DNA of 64,000 bases from Phyllobates terribilis (taxonomy: Eukaryota). Below are positions 1-12,025 of the stretch, piece after piece (positions within the stretch are counted from its first letter, which is position 1; each line of letters begins with the position of its first letter). Below the pieces are notes generated by a model. It saw only the letters and a list, made by a program, of their open reading frames with translations, searched no databases and was not told the origin of the DNA. The position numbers and the translations under genes were made by a program. Location of the stretch: assembly GCF_046119375.1 (NCBI RefSeq), contig NW_027362763.1, forward strand, positions 124,744,001 to 124,808,000. The letters run 5' to 3'.

Positions 1-739
1 TTGCATTCACTGCATAGGCAAACACTATGGGAGACACACTTCCTAATAATGGGAACATTGTTTTTAGTAGGCTCTCTGACCTCTATGTCTCTTGCAAGGG
101 GCATTGGAGTTCCTCCAAATTTTTGGCAGCCCTTGTAGTCACTGCTAACGCAATAACAGTATAGGAGACCCACTCGTTAATGGGAACAACAAAGCATAGC
201 CGGCTGATGTCTCTCTAACAATAGCGAGGGCCGACTGCTGGCTCTTTAAGAACACTAAGGGCCGCCTGATAGCCCTATAAAAATAGGCTTTGCGACTTTT
301 AGAGTCCCTCCATCATAAATTAAACAGGATGTGTCTGATGATGTGTCACACACCACATGGCCAGATAAGGTTGTAAAATGTTAAAATTACATTTCACCGG
401 TGAATGCATTTGTCTTGGTTGAAAGCAATGCAAAAGTGCAAAAACGCATCAAAAATGCTACATATGAACATAGCCCAAGATGTGGAGGAGTATTTTTGGT
501 TTTGGTTATTTATTTTGCCTTATATACAAGTCATTACCCTGGAAAGGATGTTCCTTAACATATTTCCCAGGAAAATCCATTTTGATTTTGTTTTTGTATA
601 TTTTATTGTGAGTCCATAAAAGTGGCGTAATACCTCTGACCGCAGTTGTTGTTGACAGCAGTGACTTGGGAGTCAGAAATGCTTCCAGGGGTCTTCACCA
701 TGCTGTTCCTATGTCATTTGAGCACTGTTCCCATCGATT

Positions 740-895
740 TGGGCAAATTTTAGGCCCTCTGCAGACCGCCGGGGGGAGTCGCCGGAAAAATGCTCGAGTT
801 TCCCATAGACTTACATTGGGTCGAGCACCCAGGCATTCCAATTTGCTCGACCCGAGCAACAAGCACCTGAGCATTTTAGTGCTCGCCCATTACTA
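740..895. mobile_element. Right end of a hAT-type MITE/non-autonomous element
   Basis: Ends GTGCTCGCCCATTACTA, resembling the TAGTGATGAGCGAGCAC-type termini of abundant anuran MITEs; similar motifs recur at 5107-5291. Left boundary not resolved. Confidence 0.4.
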
Positions 896-3409
896 GTCTT
901 CAGACACACAGCTCCATATGCAACAAGCTACCAATGCAGTGTGTTCTCCCACCTGTCTATCTTGCCAAGCATTAAGCTTTTGCAATTTGTTCTAAGGTTC
1001 TCCTATTTGTTCTTCTGTTGCATAAGACTTGATGGCTAGTCCTGATCTTCATACATATCAATGCGTCTTAGAACTTGGTCCACTTTTGGTAGTCGTTTGT
1101 AAGGAGATGGACATACTGCCCACATTCCTACTTGAAGAACAAGTATATTGTTATGTTGTGTAATATGAATTGTGCGATACATTAATGGTATTACTAATGT
1201 GTGATGTTTGACAGTAGGGAAAGTAAGAGTTAATGGTTGGGTCTAGCCCAGAGTGAGAGGGGTTAATCTGAAGGGAAAGAGACAGTTTCCTGTGAGAATG
1301 TCAGTAAGGGCCCAGTATGCATAGAGAAAAAACTTAAGGTCTAGTGTGAGCAGTGCTACATGATGTGTCCCTACCGAGAGAGGAGATAGAGACAGAGGAT
1401 AGCGAGATCCTGAGCCGAGAAGTGATTGAAATAATAGAGTGATCAAACAAAGATGGGTCCTGGGTCAGGATGCTTAGTAGTAGGGCCTGGAGTTTTTAAC
1501 TCAGAGAGGAAACGGGTCTAAGTGGGACAGACTACGTAAGAGGAAGAGAATGTCCTCAGTGGGAGTTCCAGAGCATCAGAGACAGAAGAGATAAGTAACG
1601 GCCACAGTGGCAAAGTAGCTCTCCTAAAGGGAAAAAGACATGGGTTGCGCTTAGGACTCTGACAAACTGGACTGTAGTACTGAGCTGGGCTGTGGTGAAG
1701 AAAATAGGAAAGATGAAGATAGAGGACAAGTGAGAAAAGAGGAAGGAATTTGTGTGTGGAAAATTCTCCATATTGTAAAAGAAACATTCATTAAGGTATG
1801 TGCCTGCTATCTCCTGTATATAATCCCTTCCCAGTTATCGTTCAGTAAAAAGGTTTTTTTTGACTGGTGGTCTCCCTCATTGAACTGTCCAACCCCTAGT
1901 CCTAGCAAACCAGAGTCATCATTTATATGCGTCACTAGTTACACACCCAACCAGGACCTCCACTTTCATGTAACGTGCCAGGGAGCAAGAGATGGGTACC
2001 TCGCTCCATGGCTACCACCCTGTGCCACGTTGCATGCTAACCATTGCATACTGGGAACACTCCACAAGTCCTGCCATTTTAGAGATGCAACGAATAGCTG
2101 TCCACCCATGATAATTTGGCCCCTGTCAAAGACACTAACTCTTCTTTATATTTCACTCACCGTTGTGGAAGAGAAGAGCAGGTTAGGATGAATGCTATGA
2201 ATATATAGAATAGCAAAGCCCAACATTGAGTCAGGGTGGCAGTGAGTCAAGCAGTGGCATAGCTGCCGACTACCTGAATTCTCAGGCACTGTATTCTTGC
2301 CACGTGAGCCAGTCTAAATGACCTGGGAGAGTGATGTCACTGCAACGCGTTGGGTTGCCACACATTATCTTCAAGAACGGACCGATCATTTGCCATTGTA
2401 ACGAGATACTCAATGTTATTCACGTCACCTATTTTAATGGTATGACTGATCGGTATGTTTTTTTTCTGCTAAACAGTTAACATTTGACATTATCCAGACC
2501 TAAACCGTTATGATAAAAGCTTTTTTTAAAGTGGAGGAAAATAAAAATAATGAAAGAAGGAAAAAAAAAAGATTATTTTACATACATCAGTGAAGGACAA
2601 ACTAATAAAGGTTGGGGTCTGGAACATTTCTCTCCCTGAAGATTGACTTATCAGCAATTGTCATTGTAACAAATCTGGAAATTACATAATTGCCAGAAAC
2701 TGGAGCTATTTAACTTGGCAGTCGCAGAGGTAGAGGTGATTTATTTTTTAAAGCATTGAGCTTTCTAGAAGATGAAGTCTTGTTTAATGGCAGAATGGAA
2801 ATGGAAACAAGAACGGGTCCACTTTGAATGGCCTTATGTAACTAAATTGTCATTATAGTGATAAAGCAAATAAACTAGCGGGGCGCACATTGCTTTCATT
2901 TACATGGCTGTCTGTTCTTCAGCTGTCATTTGGGAGCTTTTTTCCCATATTTTTCCCAGGATTTACTCTATTGGTCTTCAATAACCACCACCGCCATCCA
3001 TCTCATGTGCAGATATTCCAAAATGTCACAAAATCTCTTATTATCAAGTAAAACTGTTTGGGGAATAGAGTCATTAGGCTTGAAGTGTTTGTTAAATTAT
3101 GGACCATTTAGAAGGTAATGCCGGCAATTACACCGAGCCAGTTATGATGATTGGATGAAATTAAGGGGAATTCAGTATGGTAAAATGTGAGATGGGAAAT
3201 CATGTGAAATTCCCTTGATATCATTTAGGCTGTAATCTTTTCTACTAGAATGTGTTTAAAGGCTCTTATACTGAGGTTCTACGAATACACTTCTAGGTTC
3301 TTCTGTTTACAATCTTGATAGCAAGCTTTCCATGAGAATCAGCTGATCTATGATAGAACCTGGCACGAAGTGATGGATTCCCATGCAGTATCACTGTAGG
3401 GAAAATTAA

Positions 3410-3678
3410 AGGGAAAGACTGCAGCCAGGTGTGATACTCTCTGAAACACTCCGGTGTTTGAGAGAAAATACTCTTTGAAGATTCGGCCCGGCCGGAGACC
3501 AGATACTCTTAGCAGTGTTGCAAGGGTTGATTGACACGTCTTCCCCTATGTGGGAGACGACGGAGAGACCTGGAGCGGTGCTGGGAGGAGCCGGATCATC
3601 AAAGTATCTTTTCTCTGAAACTCCGGAGCATTCCAGAGAATAATTTATGCTGTCTTAGCGTCAGATAACAGGTTCCCT
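3410..3678. mobile_element. T2/Kolobok-type MITE
   Basis: TTAA|AGGGAA ... TTCCCT|TTAA termini (TTAA at 3406-3409 and 3679-3682); internal inverted repeat (CTCTGAAACACTCCGG...TTCGGC vs GCCGGATC...CCAGAG). Confidence 0.75.
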
Positions 3679-3739
3679 TTAAGTATTACACTGTAGTTTC
3701 CAGTGAATTAAGAGGCTTTCTGTATTATGATGAACATAC

Positions 3740-3781
3740 CAGGTTCTCAAAAGCAAGAGATGTTCTTTTAGCCATTTTCAC
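3740..3781 (-). other. Candidate 42-nt coding exon (VKMAKRTSLAFENL), unverified
   Basis: TTTCTCCTCTATTATTCGAAG acceptor, CTG|GTATGT donor, open phase 0-0; splice signals only. Confidence 0.2.
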
Positions 3782-5106
3782 CTTCGAATAATAGAGGAGA
3801 AACTCATAATTATCTCCAAATTGTTTTTTTTCAAAACCAAATGATTTCCATGTCCAAGTTTATGAGTCTCATGTATACCAAAATTACAGGAGGCAAATGT
3901 ATCTCATGAACCTTTAAAAAAGTAACTTTAACCCTTTTACTCCTGAAGTGGTTTGCACGTTAATGAACAGGCCAATTTTTACAATTTTGACCACTTTCAC
4001 TTTATGAAGTAATAACTCTGGAACGTTTCAACGGATCCCACTGATTCTGAGACTGTTTGTTCGTGACATATTGCACTTCATGATTTGGTTAGGAAGTTAT
4101 AAGGGTTAAAAGTTGACCAACGATTTCTCATTTTTCCAAAAAAATTTACAAAACCATTTTTTAGGGACCACATCATATTTGAAGTCACTTTGAGGGGCAT
4201 TTATGACAGAAAATACCCAAAAGTGACACCATTCTAAAAATTGCATCCCTCAAGGTGCTCAAAACTACATTCAAGAAGTTTATTAACCCTTCAGGTGCTT
4301 CACAGGAATTTTTGAAAAGTGGAAGAAAAAAAATGAACATTTATTTTTTTTCACAAAAATGTTACTTTAGACACAAATTTATTTTATTTTTGAAAGGGTA
4401 ACAGGAAAAAATGGACCACAAAATATGTTGTGCAATTTCTCCTGAGTAAGCCGATACCCCATATGTGGGGGAAAACCATTGTTTGGGCACACGGCAGGGC
4501 TCAGAAGGGAAGGAGCGCCATTTAACTTTTTGAATGTAAAATTTGCTTGAATAATTAGCGGACACCATGTTGTGTTTGGGGAGCCCCTGATGTGCCTAAA
4601 CAGTGGAAACCCCCACAAGTGACCCGCTCAGGGAGCTTATATAGATGTGTAGTGATTACCTTGAACCCCCAGGTGCTTTACAGAAGTTTATAACATTCAG
4701 TCGTAAAAATAAAATTTTCACATTTTTCTCACAAAAATGTTTTCAGCCCCCAATTTTGCATTTTCATAAGGGTAACAGGAGAAATTGCACCATGCAAATT
4801 GTTGTGCAATTTCTCCTGAGTATGCCGATACCCCATATTTGGGGAAAAACCACTGTTTGATCGCTCGTCAGGGTTCAGAAAGGAAGGAGCACTGTGTGAC
4901 TTTTTGAACAGACAAATTTGTCTGGAATTGAGAGCGGATGCCATGTTGTGTTTGGAGAGCCCCTGATGCACCTAAACAGTGGAAACCCCCACAAGTGACC
5001 CCATTTTGGAAATGGATTTTATCAAGGGGTATAGTGAACATTTTGAACCCAGAGGTACGACACAGAATTTGATAACATTAAGTTATCATATTGAATAAGT
5101 TGTCAT

Positions 5107-5291
5107 TAGCCTTGAGCGCAAGTGCTCACTGCTTGAGTTTGCATCGGGTACTCTGGTATGCACCAAGTATCGCGGGTGCTCAAGTGACTTTCTGGAGTCC
5201 CCGCCCCAGATGTTTCACGGTTGTTAGACACAAAAAAAAAACATGCGGGGATTGCCTGTGCAAACTCAAGTAGCGAGCATTCAAGTAGCTA
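5107..5291. mobile_element. Nested hAT-type MITE
   Basis: Inverted ends GCTCACTGCTTGAGTTTGCA ... TGCAAACTCAAGTAGCGAGC; same family motif as 740-895. Confidence 0.45.
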
Positions 5292-5597
5292 GCACAATCC
5301 AACCCTAACCCTAAAACAACCCTAACCCTAGCACAACCCTAACCCTAGCACAACCCTAACCCTAGCACAACCCTAACCTTAGCACAACCCTAACCCTGAC
5401 CCTAGCACAATCCTAACCCTAGCACAACCCTAACCCTAGCACATTCCTAACCCTAGCACATCCCTGACTCTAATCCTAACACAATCCTAGCACAACACTA
5501 ACCCTAGCACACCCCTAACCCTAGCATAACCCAAACCCTAGCATAACCCTAACACAACTCTAACACAACCCTAACTCTAGCACAACCCTAAACCTAG
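5291..5597 (+). repeat. ~17-bp minisatellite built on telomere-like CCCTAA (unit CCCTAACCCTAGCACAA, ~18 copies)
   Basis: Tandem units read directly from sequence. Confidence 0.85.
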
Positions 5598-6711
5598 AGT
5601 TTATTTTTTACGCCATTCCTCATTCGGTATAAGTGATTAGATGACTTTATTCTTTGAATCAGTGCGATTACAGCAATGCCAGATTTATATCGGGTTTTTA
5701 TGATTGACAGCAAACCCTTTTTTTTGCAAAGACTAGTTGTTTTTTTTTTTGTTTTTTTTATGCCATTCCGCTTGTGGTGAAATTGATAAGGTTAATCTTC
5801 GGGTTGGTACGTTTACTGCGGTACCACATTCATATAGTTTTTTATGTTTTGGCTCTTTTACACAATAAAAACTATTTTATAAAAAAAATAATTTTTTTTG
5901 TATCGCTCTTTTCTGAGAGCTATAACTTTTTATTTTTAGGCTGATGCAGCTGTATGGCAGCTTGTTTTTTGTGGGACAAGATGATGTTTTCAGAGGTACC
6001 ATTTTTATTTACATTTGTCTTTTTGATCGCGTTTTATTCCATTTTTTCTTGGGCAGTAGGATGATAAAGCATCGTTTTTTGCTTCATTTTTTTTTTTACT
6101 GTATTCACTAAAGGGGTTAACTAGTGGGACCGTTTTATAGGTCAGATCGTTACGGACGTGACGATACCAAATATATGTACTTGTATTGTTTTTTTGTTTT
6201 TTTTCATTATAATATTTATTTATGGGTACAGTATATATATTTTTTTTTTATTATTCTTTCATTTTTTTAAAATATTTTTACAATTTTTTTTTCACTCTGA
6301 CACTTTTTTTTAACTTTTACACTTTGTCCCACTATGGGACTTTCATTATGTGCAGGCTGATCGCTTGCACAGCATAAAGATGAAGCATCATTCCCTATGC
6401 TGTGCAGGCTGCAGCCCCTGCTGCACACACAAGTTAGGTAGATTGTGCACTGAGCATGATCTACCTATCCTGCTGATGCAGGTCACCATACCAACTCTCT
6501 GGACCTGGCATACACAGCGCAAGATGCCGGATAGAAGGCGCACTCTTACCGATGCCTGCACTGGAAATGCTGCGATCAACTTCGATTGCAGCATTTCGGG
6601 TGTTAATGTGCTGGGAGCGATGGGGCACCGCTCCTAGCACATAGTACTGGGTGTCAGCTGTGACAATCAGCTGACACCCGGCGGCGATCTCGCCAGCACA
6701 GCCTCTGTGCC

Positions 6712-7206
6712 GCTGTACACAGAGGTAGACACGGAACACTGTCTCTTTAAGTTTCAAATTGGTTTATTAAAAATGTCATAAACCAACCAAAAGTTCATAA
6801 AGTAAACACAGTCCATTCGGCATAAAGGCAAAGCAACATAAAAAGATACAGCACAGTCCGTATATCGGCTGAGGTCCGGCCAGTCAGGGTTAACCACCCA
6901 CGGTTCAGTTTTAGCATAACACATGCAAGCTCCTTTCTGGAGCAAGCCTCTGCAGATACTGAACCACATCTGAGTCACAAGGCTGGCTATTTACAGCCCA
7001 GACCACACCCTGGGGTGTAGATATGGTGAATGGCCTCCCGCCCGCACTATAGCCATTCACAACAAAACATGTCCTTTTAAATATGGCTGATTAACCCTCT
7101 CTGTACCTACCATTCAGGAGAAGACTTACACATTTCACATCACTGAAGCTAATAGCCTCAGTGAAACATATTTCCCCTCCAGTATTCTGCCAGTGACTTT
7201 GTCCCA
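6712..7206 (-). repeat. 3' LTR of Gmr1-like element (outer ~20 bp missing)
   Basis: Roughly 85-90% identical by eye to 11318-11808; purine tract GGGCAGAGGGGCAGGATA adjacent on minus strand; AATAAA on minus strand. Confidence 0.85.
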
Positions 7207-7236
7207 TATCCTGCCCCTCTGCCCAAAGCCTGGGGT

Positions 7237-8512
7237 TTAGGCACCTTCACTTGCTAAACATGGAAGTCTGGACAGGGCATCTGTGTTACCATGTAGTTTC
7301 CCAGGCCTGTGCTTCACCGAAAAACTAAAGTTCTTGAGCGCTAGAAACCACCTAGTCACCCAGGCATTCTTCCCCATCCTTTTCCTCATCCATCTCAGGG
7401 GCGCATGGTCTGACACTAACCTGAACTTCACCTAAGGGTGTCAACTGCCCATTTGATGGCCAAGCACTGTTTTTCCAAAATAGCATAGTTTTTTCACAGG
7501 CAGAGAGTTTTCTGCTTAGATAGAATGGGATGTCCCTTCCCATCTACTTCTTGAGACAAGACAGCTCCTACCCCGACCTCTGAGGCATCTGTCTGGACTA
7601 TGAACTCCTTATTGTAGTCTGGTGCCATCAAAACTACCTGCTTACACAGAGCAAGCATCAATTCGTGAAACTACATCTCTGCCTCAGAAAACCATTTGGC
7701 CATTGCAGTCTTCGTACCTTTAAGCAGGTCGGTCAGGGGTGCGGATATCATTGAGAAATTTGGGATAAATCGCTGATAGTATCCCACAATTCCTAGAAAT
7801 GCTCGAACCTGTTTTTGGGAGGCCGATTGCGTACAATTTTGGATTGTTTCCACCTTCTGCACTTGCGTCTTTATTTCGCCTCTTCTGACAATGTAGCCCA
7901 AGTAGCCTCTTCTTTTCCCATAGCGCACTTCTTTGGGTTTATGGTAAAGCTGGCCTTCTTCAGCGCATCCTGTACCACCTGGACCTTTTGTAGGTGACTT
8001 TCCCAATCTGGGCTGAGAATCACGATGTTGTCTAGGTAAGCGGCAGCGTACTTCTTGTGTAAGGCTAGGTTCCGGTCCATGGTCCTCTGGAAGGTAGCTG
8101 GGGCTCCCTGCAGACCGAACGGCATCCTGGTGTACTGAAAACACCCGTCAGGTGTAGAGAAGAAAGTGTTCTTCTTGGCACTTGGAGACAGGAGAATTTG
8201 CCAGTATTCTTTTGTTAGATCCAGGGTGGTGATTTATCTGGCTGGCTCTAGCTATTCAAAAAGTTAATCTACCAGGGGCATCTTTCTGTAGTTGTTACAG
8301 ACTCGCCATTCTCCATCCACCTTCGGCACAAAAACAATGGGGCTGGACCAGCCGCTCTTTGATTCCTCGCTGATGCCCAGGTTCAACATTCTCCGCACCT
8401 CCTTGGAGATCATCCCGTGGCGGGCTTTGGGGATTTGATATAGCCTCTGGTTCACCAGTACATGTGGATCCGTCAAGATCTCATGTTCCACAATCTGCGT
8501 ACATCCTGGCAA
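7237..8512 (-). pseudogene. Reverse transcriptase and RNase H remnants
   Basis: WSSPIVFVPKVDGEWRVC, MPFGLQGAPATFQR, YLDN (YLDD), VRAFLGIVGYYQRFIPNFS, FRLVSDHAPL, HGNTDALSR across several frames. Confidence 0.9.
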
Positions 8513-8925
8513 CTCCGAAAACAGGTCTCGGTTTCGTTGAAGCAGTTCTCGGCACTAATGCTTTTGGGCCAGTGACAGTGTCTCTGCCACTGTGACATTC
8601 TTGACCCTGGCTTCAGCATTGACCCCCAGACAGGTAGCTTCCATCAGTTCCCTGTCTCACCATGGTTTAAGCAGGTTCATGTGGTATATTTGGTACGGCT
8701 TTCTTCTTCCTGGCTAGTGGACTTTATAGTTGACGTACTCAACTTCTCGACCACCTCATACGGCCCTTGCCACTTGGCCAGAAATTTACTTTCGACCATG
8801 GGTACCTATTGGTAGACCAATACCCGGTCACCAGGGCTGAATTGTCTCAGCTTTGCTGCCCGATTGTAGACCCTTGCCTGGGCTTCTTGTGCTTGGAGGA
8901 GGCTCTCCTTCACAATCGGCATCAC

Positions 8926-9981
8926 CTACTCAATCCGGTCCTGCATCTGGGTCACATGCTCGATGATGCTCTGGTGGGGTGTAATCTCTACTTCCCAGGT
9001 CTCCTTGTCTATATCCAAAAGTCCCCCATGGTGCCGTGCGTATAGCAGCTCAAATGGAGAGAATCCTAAAGAGCTCTGGGGAACTTCCCTGATGGAGAAC
9101 AGCAAGTACAGCAGTAGGCAATCCTTCTCCATGACCTTGTTCAGCATAGGTTTCAATGCCTTGTTGAATCTCTCCATTAGGCTGTCTGTCTGCAGATGGT
9201 ATACTGATGTCCAGAGCTGTGTAATCTGGAGAGCTTTACACAACTCCTTCATTCCCTTGGACATAAAAGGAGTTCCCTGTTCCTTCAGGATCTCCTTTGG
9301 CAGACACGTCCGAGAGAAGATATGAACTAGCTCTCTGGCTATACTCCTGGTGGAGGAGTTTCTCAGTGGTACCGCCTCCGGATACCGAGTTGCATAGTCT
9401 AGCACTACCAGGATGTATGGGTGCCCTCTGGCAGACTTAACTAAGGGCCCGACAAGCTCCAAGGCAATCCGGTCAAATGGGACCTCTATAACAGGCAATG
9501 GCATTAGAGGGCTACAGAAGTGGGACACTGGGGCAGTTAACTGACAGGTAGGGCAGGACAGGCAGTAATTTACAATCTCTCTGTGACATTCAGGCCAGTA
9601 GAACTTCTGCAGGACCCACTCTCGAGTTTTGTCTACTCCCAGATGCCCACCCAAGACATGAGAATGGGCCAGTCCTAATACCTTATGCCTATAGGGACCC
9701 GGCACCACCAACTGCTCTACCACTCCTGCTCTCGGTTTAGTGACCCAATAAAGGAGTTCCTCATCTACTGTAAAATATGGGAACCTAGTGCCAACCTCCG
9801 GCTCTTGAGCTACCCCATTTATTACAGACACATTATCAAAAGCATTTTTCAATGTGAGATCCTGCATCTGTGCAGTCCCAAAATTCACCCCCAACTCAGG
9901 AACCTCGACCTCTGGGGTCACCGTCTCATCCTCGTCACCAGAAAGGATACAGAGGGGGAATTCATCATTCTCCAACTGCAC
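8926..9981 (-). pseudogene. Integrase (located upstream of RT)
   Basis: H-H-C-C (AHSHVLGGHLG...CLSCPTC), PFDRIALELVGP, LVVLDYATRYPEA, EQGTPF, ERFNK; first two catalytic Asp positions read E here. Confidence 0.9.
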
Positions 9982-10068
9982 TGGGGATTCAACATGGTGG
10001 AATCGACTGTTTCCTGGGACGCGTGGTACACCTGATTTCCACCATAAGTCCCAGAACAGGCTAAACTC

Positions 10069-10287
10069 TCACACTATTATTACTGGGTGTAGCAGGTCCT
10101 TAACCATTCCGACCTCATGAGACTCAGCCCCACAGTTAGTTTCTATGGTCATCCTGGCCACAGGATAGTCCTTGGTGTCCCTGTGAATGTAGCGTACACC
10201 CACGGTTTTTCCGGGGATCAACTGGTGGGGAAGTGTGGCCCATACCAGAGTCACCAAACACCTTGAGTCCAAGAATCCTGCCACCAA
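10069..10287 (-). pseudogene. Aspartic protease remnant
   Basis: VAGFLDSRCLVTLV resembles the LDSG active-site motif (G to R). Confidence 0.7.
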
Positions 10288-10386
10288 TACCCCATTATGG
10301 TCACGGGACAGGACTGTGGCCCCTTACCAGGCTGATAGTCCACACTGCAGGTGGGGTAGGCATATTAAGAACACTGGTGTCCCAGA

Positions 10387-11127
10387 CTACAATCCATTTG
10401 CTCGGGGGTCAGGATACAGCGGGTGGCTATGTGGCCTGGGCCATGACATCTCCAACATATAATATCTCCTGCAGGGACCGGGCATTACCTCCCCCAACCC
10501 TTTGGACCTTGGATGCCCTACCCCTTTTAGGCCCTCCGCCCCCTGGTGAGTCCCCCAGTATGGAGTGGGCTGCTTTCTCAAGGAACCTTCAGCCCCCTGA
10601 TACCTCTTGACCAGACCAACCAGTTCATCAGCGTTCCAGGGATCACTCTGGGCAGTCTGTATTGGCCTTGGCAGGGAATGCACGAACCTGTCCATAACCA
10701 CTCACTCTACCATCTATGCAGGGGTAGAGGACTCCAACTGCAGCCATTTTTGGACCAGGTGCAGTAAGTCAAACATTTGGGAGTGAGGGGGTTATTCTCG
10801 TTAATACGCCTTGACAGTCATTGTCAACCCCAAGCGCACCAAAATTTCAGTTTTTAATTTTCCATATTCCTTGGCGTCTTGCAAGTCTAAGTTATAGTAA
10901 GCTTTCTGGGGCTCCCTAGTCAAGTATGGCGCAAGCACCTTTGCCCATTGCTCTGGCGGAAGCTTCTCCCTCTCAGCGACCCTGTCAAATACCGTCAGAA
11001 AGGCTTCTACGTCATCACCTGGGGTCATTTTCTGCAGAACTCCCCTTACTGCCTTCTGGATGGAAAAGTTGTTCACTGGCCTTAGCGTTGGAGCTGTCGC
11101 TGTGCCACAAATTGTCAAAGTGAGCAA
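10387..11127 (-). pseudogene. gag: gag remnant with SCAN-like domain
   Basis: LQKMTPGDDVEAFLTVFDRVAEREKLPPEQWAKVLAPYL, then LLHLVQKWLQLESSTPA*MVE*VVMDRFVHSLP...DPWNADELVGLV (SCAN-like); in-frame stops. Confidence 0.8.
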
Positions 11128-11276
11128 ATCAATCTGCGGCTGCTGTTGTCTGCGCTGGTCCTATTGCTGCTGCTGGATCTGGAGCTGCTGCATAAGCAGC
11201 TTAGTGGTCTCCTAGCAGACTTCACCCAGGACATGCAGCACCTCTTATAACAGTCATACGTGTTGGCTGGGAATGC

Positions 11277-11294
11277 TGCCCGCATTCTCCACCA
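11277..11294 (-). other. Primer-binding site, tRNA-Ala
   Basis: Plus strand TGCCCGCATTCTCCACCA equals the 3' 18 nt of vertebrate tRNA-Ala(AGC) including CCA; 2 nt from the LTR. Confidence 0.85.
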
Positions 11295-11296
11295 CC

Positions 11297-11808
11297 TGTG
11301 GTAAAGTAGCTTGCTTGGCTGTACATGGAGGTAGACACTGAACACTGTCTCTTTAAGTTTTAGGTTGGTTTATTAAAAACATCATAAACCAACCTAGAGT
11401 TCATAGCGTAAACACAGTCCATTCGGCATAATGGCAAAGCAAAATAAAAAGATACAGCACAGTCCGCATATCGTCCGGGGTCCGGACACTCAGGATTAAC
11501 CACACATTGTTCAGCTTTAGCACAACACATGCAAGCTTCTTTCTGGAGCAAGCCTCTCCAGATACTGAACCACACCTGAGTCACAAGGCTGGCTAATTAC
11601 AGCCAAGACCACACCCTGGGGTGGAGATATGGTGAATGGCCCCCCGCCAGTACTATAGCCATTCACAACAAAACATGCCCTTTTAAATATGGCTAATTAA
11701 CCCTCTTTGCACCTACCATTCAGGAGAAGACTTCCACGTTTCACATCACTGAAGTTAATAGTATCAGTGAAACTTATGTCCCCTCCAGTATTCTGCGACT
11801 TTGTCACA
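11297..11808 (-). repeat. 5' LTR of Gmr1-like element
   Basis: TG...CA ends (TGTGG at 11297, TCACA ending 11808); PBS immediately internal. Confidence 0.88.
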
Positions 11809-12025
11809 CTATGTTCTGATATTAATGCAGCTGAAAGCAGCCAAATAAAGTGGGGAACAGCAGGGGTCTGAAAGCTACTTACATGCAATTTTCTTTTACA
11901 GGAATGAAGACAAATTCCCTAAAAAAGTGATTTGCAAAATGTCATAACTTTACATGCTAGACAAAATTATATAAAAAAATTTCATTTTTGTTACTCTTCA
12001 ACCCAGGAACCTCAAGTGCGGTATG

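Larger units (their letters stand above)
3932..6711. mobile_element. piggyBac-type (TTAA|CCCT) non-autonomous DNA element, right end lost
   Basis: Starts TTAA|CCCTTTTAC; internal direct repeat offset ~374 bp (GTGCAATTTCTCCTGAG at 4430 and 4804); T-rich segments; no ORF; abuts the Gypsy LTR at 6712. Confidence 0.55.
6712..11808 (-). mobile_element. Gmr1-like Ty3/Gypsy LTR retrotransposon, decayed
   Basis: Two ~0.5-kb LTRs, tRNA-Ala PBS and PPT; minus-strand remnants in the order gag(SCAN)-protease-integrase-RT-RNase H, with many stops and frameshifts. Confidence 0.92.

Noticed and set aside
1243-2191. Purine-rich stretch as LINE or gene remnant (153-aa ORF at 1730)
   Set aside because: No endonuclease, RT or other motif could be recognised in any frame.
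2960-3050. Possible plus-strand exon FTLLVFNNHHRHPSHVQIFQNVTKSLIIK
   Set aside because: Weak donor (GTAAAA), no homology recognised, no partner exons.
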